From the NCBI GenBank assembly GCA_964016885.1, contig OZ024758.1, positions 36,766,001 through 36,830,000 of the forward strand: DNA of 64,000 nucleotides, read 5' to 3'. A program made the translations under genes and the position numbers. Numbering within the stretch: position 1 is the stretch's first letter; every line of letters begins with the position of its first letter. The notes under the pieces are model-generated. The model had not been told where the DNA came from. It was given only the letters and a program-made list of their open reading frames with translations, and did no database searches. The DNA is from Eledone cirrhosa (taxonomy: Eukaryota). Below, piece by piece: positions 63,501 through 64,000 of the stretch.

Positions 63501-63890
63501 TGTTGGTGAGAATTCATTTAAGTTCATGGTACTAGCTGTCAGAAGTAACTCCAATGTTGGTGAGAATTCATTTAAGTTCATGGTATTAGCTGTCAGAAGG
63601 AACTCCACTGTTGGTGAGAATTCATTTAAGTTCATGGTATTAGCTGTCAGAAGTAACTCCACTGTTGGTGAGAATTCATTTAAGTTCATGGTACTAGTTG
63701 TCAGAAGTAACTCCACTGTTGGTGAGAATTCATTTAAGTTCATGTTACTAGCTGTCAGAAGTAACTCCACTGTTGGTGAGAATTCATTTAAGTTCATGGT
63801 ATTAGTTTGTCAGAAGTAACTCCACTGTTGGTGAGAATTCATTTAAGTTCATGGTATTAGCTGTCAGAAGTAACTCCACTGTTGGTGAGA
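57550..63890. repeat. 3,449-bp (64-monomer) near-perfect duplication
   Basis: The offset is 3,449 for 57645/61094, 58050/61499, 58885/62334, 59369/62818 and 59962/63411. The private markers are GTACGTCC (G at 59831/63280) and GTCCGAAG (~59983/~63432). Confidence 0.92.
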
Positions 63891-64000
63891 ATTCATTTAA
63901 GTCATGGTATTAGTTGTCAGAAGTAACTCCAATGTTGGTGAGAATTCATTTAAGTTCATGGTTCTAGCTGTCAGAAGTAACTCCACTGTTGGTGAGAATT

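Larger units (their letters stand above)
1..64000. repeat. 54-bp satellite DNA tandem array (~1,190 head-to-tail monomers, single orientation), extending beyond both window edges
   Basis: The consensus GAATTCATTTAAGTTCATGGTAYTAGCTGTCAGAAGTAACTCCACTGTTGGTGA recurs continuously from base 1 to 64000. Common variants are TATTAG/TACTAG, AGCTG/AGTTG, CCACTG/CCAATG and AAGTAA/AAGGAA. There are also 53-bp forms (AAGTCATGG, AAATCATGG, TAATTCATGG) and a 55-bp form (TTAGTTTGTC). Confidence 0.99.

Noticed and set aside
383-63819. All ORFs in the six-frame track as protein-coding genes
   Set aside because: They are translations of the 54-bp monomer and overlap on both strands. Their ends are set mostly by 53/55-bp indel monomers, and none has unique sequence or a recognisable domain.
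1-64000. CRISPR array
   Set aside because: There are no unique spacers, since the entire unit is repeated. No leader or cas genes are present.
1-64000. Single giant repeat-protein gene or programmed-frameshift/antigenic-variation cassette system
   Set aside because: Frameshifts occur every few monomers and are inherited by block duplication. In-frame stops occur, and no expression locus, recombinase or unique flank is present in the window.
1-64000. Synthetic concatemer or rolling-circle/sequencing artefact (EcoRI site in each unit)
   Set aside because: Variants are shared in nested, ordered, multi-kb patterns and all units have one orientation. This fits evolutionary descent rather than random error or ligation. 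Individual duplications still need read validation.
1-64000. CCAAT boxes or other promoter-like motifs in monomers
   Set aside because: CCAAT is only an allele of CCACT in a subset of monomers, with no gene or supporting promoter context.
1-64000. Telomeric repeat, CENP-B box, tRNA/rRNA-derived or transposon-derived sequence
   Set aside because: I saw no TTAGGG-type units and no TTCG....A..CGGG motif (the consensus lacks CpG). I recognised no structured-RNA or terminal-repeat features by eye, though a database search would be needed to exclude remote origins.

Overview
The whole 64-kb window is one uninterrupted, head-to-tail satellite DNA array. It holds about 1,190 monomers (64,000/~53.8) with the 54-bp consensus GAATTCATTTAAGTTCATGGTAYTAGCTGTCAGAAGTAACTCCACTGTTGGTGA (~37% GC, one EcoRI site per unit). 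I saw no unique sequence, inversion, transposon or real gene. All ORFs in the track are by-products of a 54-bp (18-codon) monomer that has one stop-free frame per strand, and 53-bp and 55-bp monomers break them repeatedly. The real structure lies in the ordering of monomer variants. It shows nested higher-order repeats (161-bp trimer, ~0.59-kb units, a 1.9-2.5-kb cassette) and recent near-identical tandem duplications (1,777, 2,907, 3,449, ~3,500 and ~9,000 bp). It also shows region-specific variant lineages and long-range reuse of blocks. This organisation is typical of eukaryotic centromeric or heterochromatic satellite, but the organism, family and function cannot be determined from this sequence alone. 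Block offsets were read from the ORF track and diagnostic variants, and block edges are approximate to about one monomer.
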